From a virus (lineage: Duplodnaviria > Heunggongvirae > Uroviricota > Caudoviricetes), in IMG/VR virus record IMGVR_UViG_3300028833_000063, positions 64,001 to 128,000 of that record: a stretch of DNA of 64,000 bases. The stretch is one strand, 5' to 3'. This document shows, in pieces, positions 49,443 through 59,158 of this stretch; position 1 is the stretch's first letter, and the number at the start of each line of letters is the position of its first letter. Made by a program: the position numbers and the translations under genes. The notes under the pieces are model-generated. The model worked only from the letters and a program-made list of their open reading frames with translations. It did not search any database and was not told where the DNA came from.

Positions 49443-49610
49443 ATGGCACTGTGGCAGGAATTGATGAACAAGTGGGAAAAGGAAGACCTGGTAGATGTCG
49501 ACAACGATCCGTTTAACCCTGATGACGATCCTTGTGACGAGCTGGATGCCGATCCTTTCGATCCAGCTGGTGAGGATCCGGTCGATCTGTATGGACCGTG
49601 GTGGGAATAA
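49443..49610 (+). CDS. Very acidic small protein with DPF(N/D)P repeats
   Basis: AGGAGG RBS; DNDPFNPDDDPCDELDADPFDP. Confidence 0.7.
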   Translation: MALWQELMNKWEKEDLVDVDNDPFNPDDDPCDELDADPFDPAGEDPVDLYGPWWE

Positions 49611-49714
49611 TCCCATCACTTTTCTTTTTTAGATGTAATACATCTAATTTCTACTCTTGCGCTTTTCTCTACTCCATGTTATACTTATACCATCAAATGA
49701 AGGAGGTGCCCACC

Positions 49715-49906
49715 ATGACCCGTATTGAGAAAGCCGCCGTCGCCATCGCCGCTCGCGTTGAACGCGAAGGATATGCCTATCTGTATGAGCGCGAAGGCAT
49801 GTCTAACCGCGCGCACCATGTGATATTTGTACTAAATTGCCTCTTATACAAACGTGGATTTTATATGGTACAGTGCGGCGATCGCGTTGAGGTAAAGAGG
49901 GCATAG
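49715..49906 (+). CDS. Small hypothetical protein ending in TAG used as stop
   Basis: AGGAGGT RBS; TAG 49904-06 sits inside the terminator hairpin aagagggc-ata-gccctctt. Confidence 0.75.
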   Translation: MTRIEKAAVAIAARVEREGYAYLYEREGMSNRAHHVIFVLNCLLYKRGFYMVQCGDRVEVKRA

Positions 49907-50026
49907 CCCTCTTATTTATTTAGATATATTAGATGTAATACATCTAATAATCAGTATTGACATATAGATAAAAATGAGTATAATTATACTTGTCCGAAGG
50001 GACAAAAAAGAAAGGGGAATTTCAAA

Positions 50027-50194
50027 ATGAAAGAGTATTGTTGGATGCACAAAGAATATGGATATCTTATCCCGGAACACCTTCTGTATAATGATGCCGA
50101 AGAAATGGGTTATGATGATATTACAGACCCTTGCTCTGTAGAATATGGCAATTTCAATTTGTATTATGAAAAGACGAACATGACGGTCGAATGA
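50027..50194 (+). CDS. Small hypothetical protein
   Basis: MKEYCWMHKEYGYLIPEHLLYNDAEEMG...; absent from the supplied track; stop lies within a hairpin. Confidence 0.7.
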   Translation: MKEYCWMHKEYGYLIPEHLLYNDAEEMGYDDITDPCSVEYGNFNLYYEKTNMTVE

Positions 50195-50311
50195 CCGTCA
50201 TTCCCGAAACTAGATGTAATACATCTAATAATTGGGATTGTAATTTCATTCTCATTTTGATATAATAACATCATGAAAAGGGATTGAAAAAAATCCCGAA
50301 TTGAGAGGAGA

Positions 50312-50539
50312 ATGGATATGATACTGTTTGAAGAAACAATGTTGGATGCAAGCAAGATTTTTCTCGCCGAAATTATTGACAATTTCAATTCAAAAAAAGT
50401 ATATTGTAATTCTACTCTAATAATTGAATTTCTTCCCGAAATGCAAACATTACACGTCCGATTCAATTACAAAACTCATGAAGAAGCAATTTCAAAATTA
50501 AATCAACTCATGACTATGATCAATTTACAGAAAAAGTAA
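50312..50539 (+). CDS. Small hypothetical protein
   Basis: GAGGAG RBS; cassette-borne. Confidence 0.7.
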   Translation: MDMILFEETMLDASKIFLAEIIDNFNSKKVYCNSTLIIEFLPEMQTLHVRFNYKTHEEAISKLNQLMTMINLQKK

Positions 50540-50666
50540 TTCCCATAACGGCATCACCGATGCCGTTATTTCATTTTCAAAATTAGATGTAATACATCTA
50601 AAAAACTCTCTTGCTATTATCCCGTTTTTATGCTATACTTATACCATCAAAAGAGGGGAGGACACC

Positions 50667-50978
50667 ATGATGATTAACATTCGAACCATCCGGAAACTGA
50701 AGGAAAACGACGGGCTGACCCTGAAGGCGGGGCGTATCATTACGCACAAAACCGGGTATCAGGTAGCCGACTATGGTTACGAGCTGCGGACAGCTGAGGA
50801 AGCTATCGCCTGCGTGCGCAAGCTGCAAGGCAATTGTGGCATCTGGTACAGCGAAGGAATTTACTATATTGACCATTCCTTCCGTATCAGCACAAAAAAG
50901 GAAGCGCTTCGCATCGGGCGCGAGCACAATCAAATTTCAATTTTGAAATGGTCTAACATGACTCTTGTCTACTGCTAA
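50667..50978 (+). CDS. Hypothetical protein
   Basis: GGAGG RBS; cassette-borne. Confidence 0.75.
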   Translation: MMINIRTIRKLKENDGLTLKAGRIITHKTGYQVADYGYELRTAEEAIACVRKLQGNCGIWYSEGIYYIDHSFRISTKKEALRIGREHNQISILKWSNMTLVYC

Positions 50979-51120
50979 AGTTGTGGCCCGAAACCGGGCC
51001 ACAATTTCATTTTGTTTTTTTAGATGTAATACATCTAATAATTACTATTGCTTTTTCCCTAAAAGCATGTTATTATATACTTGTCCCAAGGGACAAGAAA
51101 AAAGAAAAGAGGTAACTATC

Positions 51121-51273
51121 ATGAAAACTATTTCCTATACCCTTGAACGGCTTGATACCCCTAACTTTCACGGATGGATTGTACTCGAAGGCTCCGAAGG
51201 CTATGACGAAGAAGTTTTTTCCTCCACTTCTCTGGAAGAAGCACTAACGTTTCTGTATGAAATGACCGCGTAA
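51121..51273 (+). CDS. Small hypothetical protein
   Basis: GAGGT RBS, start reassigned to 51121. Confidence 0.7.
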   Translation: MKTISYTLERLDTPNFHGWIVLEGSEGYDEEVFSSTSLEEALTFLYEMTA

Positions 51274-51399
51274 GCGGTTATTTCATTATCAATTTTTAGA
51301 TGTAATACATCTAATAATACCCCTTGCATTATTCCCGAAAATGTGGTAATATACAATTGTTCCAAGGGGGAACGATAAAAAGAAAGTGAGGGAAACACA

Positions 51400-51675
51400 A
51401 TGAAGGTTCGGAAAATCAATGGTCACGAGTCCGCGCAGGTGAAGGTCTATGAATACGACAACGGCGCTATGACGCTGGTAAGCTACACCACCGCCGTGAT
51501 CGGGATCAATTCGGAAGGCTGGCTTGAAGTGAGTGGGCTGTATAGCCGCACCACCATTAAGCACATCGGCTGGTTCATGCGCGAGCTGGGTTTCACCTAT
51601 CAGCTGGCAAAGGAACTGTATCTCAACAACATGCGGTTCAACATTCACACGGGTGAAATTGAAAACCGGGGTTAA
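51400..51675 (+). CDS. Hypothetical protein
   Basis: GAGGG RBS; cassette-borne. Confidence 0.75.
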   Translation: MKVRKINGHESAQVKVYEYDNGAMTLVSYTTAVIGINSEGWLEVSGLYSRTTIKHIGWFMRELGFTYQLAKELYLNNMRFNIHTGEIENRG

Positions 51676-51799
51676 CCCGGTTTTCTTTTATTCAAATAAA
51701 TTAGATGTAATACATCTAAAAACACCTCTTGACTTCTATAGGGAAAATGATATAATGATATTGTCCTCAGAGAGAGGAACAAGAAAGGAGATTGAAACA

Positions 51800-52039
51800 A
51801 TGTACATGTTCTATGCTGACCGCTCCGGATGGATTCCTATGGGAAATGATGGACAGCTTGTCGTGCCGAAGTCTATTCGTTCTCGCCGTGCCCTCCTCAA
51901 GCTGGCGGAAAGCTGGCTGGGCAATAGAGCTGGACGAGTATACCTTATGACTAGCTGGACTCAGGCCATGAGCGAGCTGGGACCACGTGCTTTTGAAGAG
52001 TACATCATGCGCAATGCCGAAGTCCTTATCAGCAGATAA
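51800..52039 (+). CDS. Small hypothetical protein
   Basis: AAGGAG RBS, start reassigned to 51800. Confidence 0.7.
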   Translation: MYMFYADRSGWIPMGNDGQLVVPKSIRSRRALLKLAESWLGNRAGRVYLMTSWTQAMSELGPRAFEEYIMRNAEVLISR

Positions 52040-52411
52040 GGACTTTCCCTTTATCCCGAAATTAGATGTAATACATCTAAAATTGACTATTGACTTCTCT
52101 TATGATATATGATATCATACTATTGTCGAAAGGGGGAAGGGATGATGAGTCCACCGGGTTAGTAGTTCCAAGGTCACGGGTTGGTACCGGACTGGCGGGA
52201 TTCATACTTATCGCAACCAACTGCCGCTGGCTTGTAATGGCAAAGCAAGCTGGTGACTTGTGCCAATTGGCGGGCTGATCACCCGCCAATTTTTTACATA
52301 TAATTATTAGATGTAATACATCTAAAATCAACTGTTGACTTTCTCTTTTCTTTATGCTATCATATAATTGTTCCAAGGGGAACGAAATAAATATGAAAGA
52401 AGGACACGAAC

Positions 52412-52651
52412 ATGACAATGACGATTGAAAAGAAACTGAGAGACTTCCATTTCTGGGGCGGTGCCGCAAGCAATGCCGCTAAGTTGACGCCCGAAGAGCT
52501 GGATACCATAGAAGAACAGCTGGAAGAGCTGAAAGACTACAATGAAGAACCCTGGAGCACTACAGAAGTCAACGATTTCTTCTGGTTCCAGTTTGAAGAT
52601 GTTTGCGAATGGTTGGGCCTTGATTATGAGGAAGTAATGGCGAGGGAGTAA
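52412..52651 (+). CDS. Small acidic hypothetical protein
   Basis: DFHFWGGAASNA...TTEVNDFFWF; cassette-borne. Confidence 0.75.
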   Translation: MTMTIEKKLRDFHFWGGAASNAAKLTPEELDTIEEQLEELKDYNEEPWSTTEVNDFFWFQFEDVCEWLGLDYEEVMARE

Positions 52652-52770
52652 TCCCTCGCTTTTATTTCATTTTGAGTTTAGATGTATTACATCTAAAGTT
52701 ATAGTTTGACATTTTTCTTAAACTATGTTATCATATACTTGTCCGAAGGGGACAGAAAGGCGGTAAGCAT

Positions 52771-52992
52771 ATGATTAAGATTACTAAAGGCATGGCGCGG
52801 AAACTGTACAATGAAGGAAAAGAAATCATGGTTCTTCCGAATCGTATCAGCACCACAAGCTCGCTGGCTGGATGGATTGAAAAGCCCAAAGACAATCCCG
52901 TTTCCTTCGAGCAGGTATGCAATACTATCTTCTATTATAACTGCTCTCCCGAAACCGGCATGAGCCTTGCCTATTATGCGAAAGAGGTGTAA
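52771..52992 (+). CDS. Small hypothetical protein
   Basis: Cassette-borne, followed by a short hydrophobic ORF at 52996..53097. Confidence 0.7.
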   Translation: MIKITKGMARKLYNEGKEIMVLPNRISTTSSLAGWIEKPKDNPVSFEQVCNTIFYYNCSPETGMSLAYYAKEV

Positions 52993-53307
52993 GCTGTGAA
53001 CTTCATCCAGGCGCTTGCACTTGACAAGCTGTGGCCTGTATACATTATTATGATATTCACCGGCATATATTTCATATGTTGGGACAAATGGGGATAATAT
53101 CCCCTTCAATTATTTAGATGTATTACATCTAAACATACTTATTGACTCTATCCCCATAATATGATATGATATCAGTGTTGAAAGGGACGGACTCAAGAGC
53201 ATGAGTCTTAAAGCGGTTAGCATAACGCAATTGTTTGATGGGCGATGACCCTATAGTAACTGAAGCGAAGCCGCCGCCCCAATCTAATTCTGAAGGGAGC
53301 AACGAAG

Positions 53308-53532
53308 ATGAACGAACTGTATGTATTGATGAGAGATGGCGAATTGATCGGAGTTTATACTACACATCAAAAAGTCATACAGCAACTGATTCTGTCCACT
53401 CAGAAAGAGCGCCTTACCCTTGGAAACTATTCTTTCGAGTTTGGGATTGAATTCTTTGATTATATCGGCCCAGAATCCGGTTGCCACTTTTTATGGGAAA
53501 TTTACGAAATTACACCCGATGAACGGGTGTAA
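53308..53532 (+). CDS. Small hypothetical protein
   Basis: AGGGAG RBS, after a ~130-nt leader. Confidence 0.7.
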   Translation: MNELYVLMRDGELIGVYTTHQKVIQQLILSTQKERLTLGNYSFEFGIEFFDYIGPESGCHFLWEIYEITPDERV

Positions 53533-53642
53533 TTTCATTTTCTATTTTTAGATGTAATACATCTAATAACCATACTTGCACTTTTTCCCGATTTGTGTTA
53601 CAATACACTTGTCCGAAGGGGACTAAGAAAGGAGAAAGAACA

Positions 53643-53966
53643 ATGGAAATGACTTATCATGTGGCGGTTCAGAGGGCAGACAGAGTAAAGCATATCATGG
53701 AAGAGATTGGTCTGGGGCAAATCATCAAAGAAAAGTATACCCGTTTCAATCTTGATCAAGCTGGACGCTGGGTATGCCTCACTGATACAGGTGTGACTAT
53801 TATTAAGAGCGAAGATAAGCAGAAGATTATCACCATGTATGTAACCACACAGAGAGAGCTGGTACTTGTATATGGTGGAGCAAAGAATGTGCCGGCGTTC
53901 CTGCGGAAAAAGGTAGATAAAAACCAGTCTAAGTATACGCAAGCTGGGAAAACCATTTGGCGCTAA
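53643..53966 (+). CDS. Hypothetical protein
   Basis: AAGGAG RBS; the TAA forms the loop of ttggcgc-taa-gcgccaa. Confidence 0.75.
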   Translation: MEMTYHVAVQRADRVKHIMEEIGLGQIIKEKYTRFNLDQAGRWVCLTDTGVTIIKSEDKQKIITMYVTTQRELVLVYGGAKNVPAFLRKKVDKNQSKYTQAGKTIWR

Positions 53967-54074
53967 GCGCCAATTTGGTTGTGCATTATTAGATGTAATA
54001 CATCTAATTCAGACTCTTGCAATTTTCCTTAATCTATGATATTCTATACTTGCCCAAAGGGGAAAGGAGAGGTT

Positions 54075-54305
54075 ATGATGAGAGACAGCAAAGAAGGAAC
54101 TTACAACGGAGAGCCTACGTTCTGCACAGTCAATGCCTATGGCGATTGCCCTTACTGTGACCAATGCGGCATTTGCCATATTGATGACCCCATCGCCGAT
54201 TGTGATGACTTTGCTATGTTCTTTGAAGATTGGGACGAATGGCTTAGGTGCGATAGTGTACCAGAAGAGGGAGAAGACGCCGATGAATTTTGGTGGGATT
54301 ATTAA
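54075..54305 (+). CDS. Small Cys-rich acidic protein
   Basis: CTVNAYGDCPYCDQCGICHIDDPIADCDDF. Confidence 0.7.
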   Translation: MMRDSKEGTYNGEPTFCTVNAYGDCPYCDQCGICHIDDPIADCDDFAMFFEDWDEWLRCDSVPEEGEDADEFWWDY

Positions 54306-54315
54306 GGAGGACAAA

Positions 54316-54585
54316 ATGGCGACTAAAATCTACATTATTACTCTTGAAGGTGAACCACAAGTTGCTTATACTGATTTCAGTAAGGTTGAAGACAGATGTT
54401 TCAAATGGTTAGATGAGTGCCGAAACGGTTGGTTTGTTAGTAGAGATTTTAACCGTTGGGTTGAAGGAAGAAACTATCCCGAGACCGAAGAGGGCGAAGA
54501 GGAGGCTTGGGAAGAATACAAGCGTGAAGCCGTGGATAATGGCAAATGGGGCGATTATGCTTGGCATGAGTGCTACCTCAAATGA
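54316..54585 (+). CDS. Small hypothetical protein
   Basis: AAGGAGG RBS, start reassigned to 54316. Confidence 0.75.
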   Translation: MATKIYIITLEGEPQVAYTDFSKVEDRCFKWLDECRNGWFVSRDFNRWVEGRNYPETEEGEEEAWEEYKREAVDNGKWGDYAWHECYLK

Positions 54586-54678
54586 GGTAGCCTTTTACTA
54601 TTAGATGTAATACATCTATTTTATCATTTGACTTTCTCTTAATTTTATTATATAATGCCAATGTAAGGAGGGGATAAA

Positions 54679-54831
54679 ATGAGTAAGAAGAAAAACCCTA
54701 AACAGAAAACATGGGTTGAAGTATTCCAGTCTGAGCGCAAAGAGTTTCCGCAAGGATATTGCGTCACTCGCATTATCCCCGATAAGCGCAAGAAGAAACC
54801 GAAGCATAAGGGAAGGGAGTTGGAGGAATGA
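54679..54831 (+). CDS. Small basic protein
   Basis: AAGGAGG RBS; MSKKKNPKQKTW...DKRKKKPKHK; absent from the supplied track. Confidence 0.7.
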   Translation: MSKKKNPKQKTWVEVFQSERKEFPQGYCVTRIIPDKRKKKPKHKGRELEE

Positions 54832-54989
54832 AATATAAATGGGTCATCATGCAAGAACTTGAAGATACTAACTGCGCGAATCCCTATTTGATTGTTGATT
54901 CAGAAGAGCGCGCCGAGGAACTTTGCTATCAGTTGGAATCCGAAAACCCCGGTTTCATCTTTTGGACTTATATGTGTGAGGAGGAATAA
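54828..54989 (+). CDS. Small hypothetical protein
   Basis: ATGA overlap with the upstream gene, GGAGG RBS. Confidence 0.6.
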   Translation: MKYKWVIMQELEDTNCANPYLIVDSEERAEELCYQLESENPGFIFWTYMCEEE

Positions 54990-54993
54990 TAAA

Positions 54994-55197
54994 ATGACTA
55001 CTCGTACTTATTACATGCCGAAGAACCGCATTTCCCTTTATATTATCAGCAACATCATTGACAAGGTTGGGTGCAGTATTGGAGATATCCGTGTTCAGCA
55101 GATTTCTAATACTATTAAAGTCCCCATTACTTGCAATGATAAAGATGTTCCTAAGGTTGAAAAAATTCTCAGACGATATGACATTCTTGGGGAGTAA
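54994..55197 (+). CDS. Small hypothetical protein
   Basis: GGAGG RBS, start reassigned to 54994. Confidence 0.65.
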   Translation: MTTRTYYMPKNRISLYIISNIIDKVGCSIGDIRVQQISNTIKVPITCNDKDVPKVEKILRRYDILGE

Positions 55198-55313
55198 TCC
55201 CCATTTCATTTCTAATATTAGATGTAATACATCTAAAATAACCGTTTGACAATATTCCCGGATTGTGTTAATATATACTTGTTCCAAGGGGAACAGAAAG
55301 AGAGGAATTGAGA

Positions 55314-55757
55314 ATGAAGATTATGTTTGACATGGACGGAACAATTGCCGACCTGTATGCCGTGGATAATTGGCTTTCTAAGCTTCAGGCTTCTGACCCT
55401 TCTCCGTATGTAGAAGCTGAAGTTATGCTGAACATGAGCATCCTTGCCCGGTATCTCAATAAGCTCCAGAAGCTCGGCTATGAAATCGGAATCATCAGCT
55501 GGACTTCCAAGAATGGTACTGAGCGATACAACCGGGCGGTTGCGGTGGCTAAGCTGAACTGGCTTCATGACCACCTGAGAAGCGTTTCCTTCGATGATAT
55601 TTACATCGTAGAGTATGGCACTCCCAAGCAGAACTTTGCGGATGAAACCGATATTCTGTTTGATGACAACGAAGAAGTCAGAAATGACTGGACAGGAAAA
55701 GCATATGAACCTTCCGAAATCCTTTCCATCCTCTCTGGGTTACTCCATCAGGAGTAA
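55314..55757 (+). CDS. HAD-superfamily phosphatase/nucleotidase-like protein
   Basis: FDMDGT motif I, SWT motif II, K, LFDD motif IV. Confidence 0.85.
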   Translation: MKIMFDMDGTIADLYAVDNWLSKLQASDPSPYVEAEVMLNMSILARYLNKLQKLGYEIGIISWTSKNGTERYNRAVAVAKLNWLHDHLRSVSFDDIYIVEYGTPKQNFADETDILFDDNEEVRNDWTGKAYEPSEILSILSGLLHQE

Positions 55758-55878
55758 CCCTATTTCATTTCTGGGAATTAGATGTATTACATCTAAAATC
55801 TCCTATTGCATTTTCCCTTTAATGTGATATAATAGCATTGTTCCAAGAGAGAGGGAACAAAAGAGAGGAGAATGAGAA

Positions 55879-56895
55879 ATGGAGTATCGTAAGGAAAAGA
55901 ATCTGCTGATTGCGTTTGACGGCGAAGTGATTAAGGCGCAGTATGATTGGAATACCAACATCTGCTATGGCGTAAAGGGAAATGAACTCAAGGGCATTTC
56001 TCCTGCTTTCCGCAATTCTATCTATGACCGCATGATTACTTCTGTCCGGTGGATTTACGGCCATTTGTCTGGGGAAATCCTGTCGCTGGCTCTGGACAGG
56101 TGGGAGCGTCTGGCAAGTGTTGGACTGTATACTTCTGACCACGATTTGCTGACTGATGAAACCTATGAGTTCCCGAATCTGAAAAAAGATTTTGTCCAGT
56201 ATTTGAAAACTAATTCTTATGGTGAACTTACCCGTTACCGTCAGGCTCTGTATCCCTATACTCAGATGCAGGAATACCAGATGCTTGACGGTAATTATAG
56301 AGTACAGGTTGATCGAATGGTTAGTCATAACTGGACACATATGCCTGTAGAATGGGCAATCAAGGCTCTGCTCAGACTCCAGTTAGAAGATTTCCAGTAC
56401 CTGCCCCGTTATTTTGATGAAACTTCACTGTTGGATGGATACTATAATATGTGCACCACAATGGGACAGGAAAATCCTGTAATTACTAAGAACTTTCTTA
56501 CCACCATTTGTAAGACTCATCATATGTATAACATTTGGAAGAAAGCACATATGAATGAAACTCTCAAACAGTACAACGACTTGAAAGAACTGTATTATGA
56601 AAACGATACTTATACCATGTATCCGCTCATCACGACCGAGCAGTTCCATGAAGAAGCAGAAGCGCAGAACAACTGTGTTGAACGGTTGTATATGGAACAG
56701 GTAGCGTATGGACGCACCCATGTTGTAGTTATCCGCAGAAAAGACTCCCCGGAAAAATCCCTTATTACTTGTGAAATCAATAATAACTGGCGTATTATCC
56801 AGTATTACGCCAAGTATAACCAGACTCCTGCCGCGCCCGAACTGGCTTTCAAAAAAGAACTTCAGTCCTATCTCAATTCTCTCTCTCAGAAGTAA
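55879..56895 (+). CDS. PcfJ-like domain protein
   Basis: C-terminus EEAEAQNNCV...IRRKDSPEKSLITCEI...IIQYYAKYN. Confidence 0.7.
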   Translation: MEYRKEKNLLIAFDGEVIKAQYDWNTNICYGVKGNELKGISPAFRNSIYDRMITSVRWIYGHLSGEILSLALDRWERLASVGLYTSDHDLLTDETYEFPNLKKDFVQYLKTNSYGELTRYRQALYPYTQMQEYQMLDGNYRVQVDRMVSHNWTHMPVEWAIKALLRLQLEDFQYLPRYFDETSLLDGYYNMCTTMGQENPVITKNFLTTICKTHHMYNIWKKAHMNETLKQYNDLKELYYENDTYTMYPLITTEQFHEEAEAQNNCVERLYMEQVAYGRTHVVVIRRKDSPEKSLITCEINNNWRIIQYYAKYNQTPAAPELAFKKELQSYLNSLSQK

Positions 56896-57054
56896 GGCGA
56901 AAGCCTTACTTCTTTTTTCCCGAAACTTATTAGATGTAATACATCTAAATCAAACACTTGCATTTTTCTAAATTTGTGATATACTATAATCGTTCCAAGG
57001 GAAGGGCGAGCGAAAGCAGACCCGAACAAGAAACAAAAAAAGTTTCAGAAACCC

Positions 57055-57422
57055 TTGACAAGCCCTACAAAATGTGATATAATCACATTGTTCCAAGGCA
57101 AGGGATGGACTTCAAAAGGAGTTGAGAACTGAAGGGTTACGGATTGCACGGGTTATCCCACCGGAGCATGAAGTCGGAGTTTCTATCACTCTTCTTCGAA
57201 AGCAATCGGGAAAAAGAGTGAAAATAATACTTGACATTCACCACAAATTGTGGTAGAATGAATATGTTCCAAGAGGATGCCTGATCAGCGAGTCAAGGCG
57301 GTTACCGACAGGCAACAGTAACAGGACGCACGGAAACAGAAACTGTACGGTTATCAGGAAAATAAATTTGCGAAAAAAATTTTCCGAAACTACTTGACAA
57401 TCCTCTTAGAACATGATATAAT
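57055..57422 (+). promoter_or_regulatory. Three tandem near-consensus promoters lacking the palindrome
   Basis: TTGACA-17-TATAAT at 57055, TTGACA-17-TAGAAT at 57231, TTGACA-17-TATAAT at 57394. Confidence 0.8.
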
Positions 57423-57475
57423 TACTATGAAAGATGAGGGGAAGGAAAACCCCATAAACCAGAAAGGAATTTATT

Positions 57476-57796
57476 ATGAAGAAATCCACTATCGAGACTC
57501 TGGTTGCCTATCTGAACGGTGAGACTGTTACCAATCTGGACGAAATCAAGGCCGAGCTGGAAGCCGAACTGACCAAGGGCAAGGAGAAAGCCGATGCGAA
57601 TCGGGCGCTCTACGAAGAAATCCACGATGCGGTGATTGAGGCCCTGACTTCCGCCACCGCTCCTGTGACCGCTCAGGAACTGGCCGATGAGACTGGCTAT
57701 GCCAAGGGCAAGATTGTCTACGGTCTGCGGAACTACTGGGCCGATGAGGTCGAGAAGATTGAGGGCAAGGTCAACTCCTACGCCCTCAAGAGGTAA
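57476..57796 (+). CDS. Winged-helix-like DNA-binding protein, paralog 1
   Basis: PVTAQELADETGYAKGKIVYGLRNYWADEVEKIEGKVNSY; similar to the genes at 61685 and 62389. Confidence 0.75.
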   Translation: MKKSTIETLVAYLNGETVTNLDEIKAELEAELTKGKEKADANRALYEEIHDAVIEALTSATAPVTAQELADETGYAKGKIVYGLRNYWADEVEKIEGKVNSYALKR

Positions 57797-57954
57797 TGCC
57801 CTAGCGCCTTCGGGCGCTTTTCTTCTATACGATCATTAGATGTATTACATCTAATTTGTATACAGTATACATATTTGACAAATAATCAAATTTATGTTAT
57901 ACTTTATACGAAATCAGGGAAGGAATACCCTATAAAACCAGAAGGAGATTTGAA

Positions 57955-58365
57955 ATGGGTAAAGAAGCAAACAAAACCAAGATTCGTGATGCTATTCTGA
58001 CCAAACTTTCCGCTTTTCTGGAAGATGAGTTTGACACTTATGTGAAAGTGGTTGCTTCGGGTGAAGTGACTATGCTGATTCCGGACGAGAATGGTGAAAA
58101 AATTTATGCAAACGTTAAAATCTCCATTCCTCGTGGCAGTCGCAATGGCGAAGGTGGTTATAATACCTATGACGGCTATGCCGAAGCTAAAGCTTATGCT
58201 CAGGAGCAGAAGGACAAGGCAGAGGAAAGAGCCGAAAAAGAGGCTAAGAAGCAGGCCAAAATTGCCGCCGATGAGAAGAAGCGCGCGGAAAAGAAAGCCC
58301 TTGCCGAAGCTAACAAGGGCTTGAAGGAACTCCGCAAGATTGATATTACTCCCAAAGGGGAGTAA
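57955..58365 (+). CDS. Hypothetical protein with Lys/Glu/Ala-rich coiled-coil tail
   Basis: AAGGAG RBS; EKEAKKQAKIAADEKKRAEKKA. Confidence 0.75.
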   Translation: MGKEANKTKIRDAILTKLSAFLEDEFDTYVKVVASGEVTMLIPDENGEKIYANVKISIPRGSRNGEGGYNTYDGYAEAKAYAQEQKDKAEERAEKEAKKQAKIAADEKKRAEKKALAEANKGLKELRKIDITPKGE

Positions 58366-58485
58366 TATCATTTTGGAAAAATTAGATGTAATACATCTAA
58401 TTATATGACTTGACCTCTCCCGAAATTCATGCTATACTATGCGTGAAAGGTGAAGGAAACACCGCAAACCAGAAAGGGAATTAAG

Positions 58486-58830
58486 ATGGCTAAGATTTCT
58501 AAGACCGTAGTGGATAAGGCTCTGCGCGATGAAGTATTCAATGATATCTTCGCAGACCCTACTGATACTGGATATACTCGCATTAACGACAGGCAGTGGG
58601 GCATTATCTTGACTGACTTGAATGGTGTCAAGCGCTATGTCCGTATCGGTGCTATCGTTGCCGAAGAGCGTGAAGACATGACTGCCGAGGAACTGATGCA
58701 GGCCGAAATTGATGCTTACAACGCCAAGCAGGCCGAAAAGGAAGCCAAGGCGCAGGCTCGCGCCGAAAAGGCGAAGAAGGATAAGGAACGTAGGGCAAAG
58801 GAAAAGGAGGAAGAAGAAAATGTTCGGTGA
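58486..58830 (+). CDS. Hypothetical protein with Lys/Glu/Ala-rich coiled-coil tail
   Basis: Start reassigned to 58486; architecture resembles the gene at 57955. Confidence 0.75.
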   Translation: MAKISKTVVDKALRDEVFNDIFADPTDTGYTRINDRQWGIILTDLNGVKRYVRIGAIVAEEREDMTAEELMQAEIDAYNAKQAEKEAKAQARAEKAKKDKERRAKEKEEEENVR

Positions 58831-59008
58831 GGAAAAATGCCCCAAGTGCGGTTTTGAAGATTACGAAATTAACGAATACTGGGATGATTTCGATGAGGAA
58901 AACGGTATTCGGGTATGGGAATGTACCTGTGAGAAGTGCCATCAAAAGTTTGATATTATCTATACATACAAATGTACAGGAATTACCGCGGAAGTTAGCG
59001 CAAGCTAA
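58820..59008 (+). CDS. Small Zn-ribbon protein
   Basis: CPKCG...CTCEKC; AGGAGG RBS. Confidence 0.7.
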   Translation: MFGEEKCPKCGFEDYEINEYWDDFDEENGIRVWECTCEKCHQKFDIIYTYKCTGITAEVSAS

Positions 59009-59158
59009 CTTCCTTTTCAAAACTTAGATGTAATACATCTAATACTTCCCCTTGCAATTTTCCATAATCCTGTTATAATATACTTGTTCCTGATGAGGAA
59101 CCCCAAATTAGGAGAAGGAAAACTCCCGTAATGAAACCCATGACAGAAAGGATTTTAT

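Noticed and set aside
52150-52230. Possible tRNA (segment ending GCAACCA)
   Set aside because: No paired T-arm or acceptor stem could be built; no tRNA, including a TAG suppressor, was found in the window.
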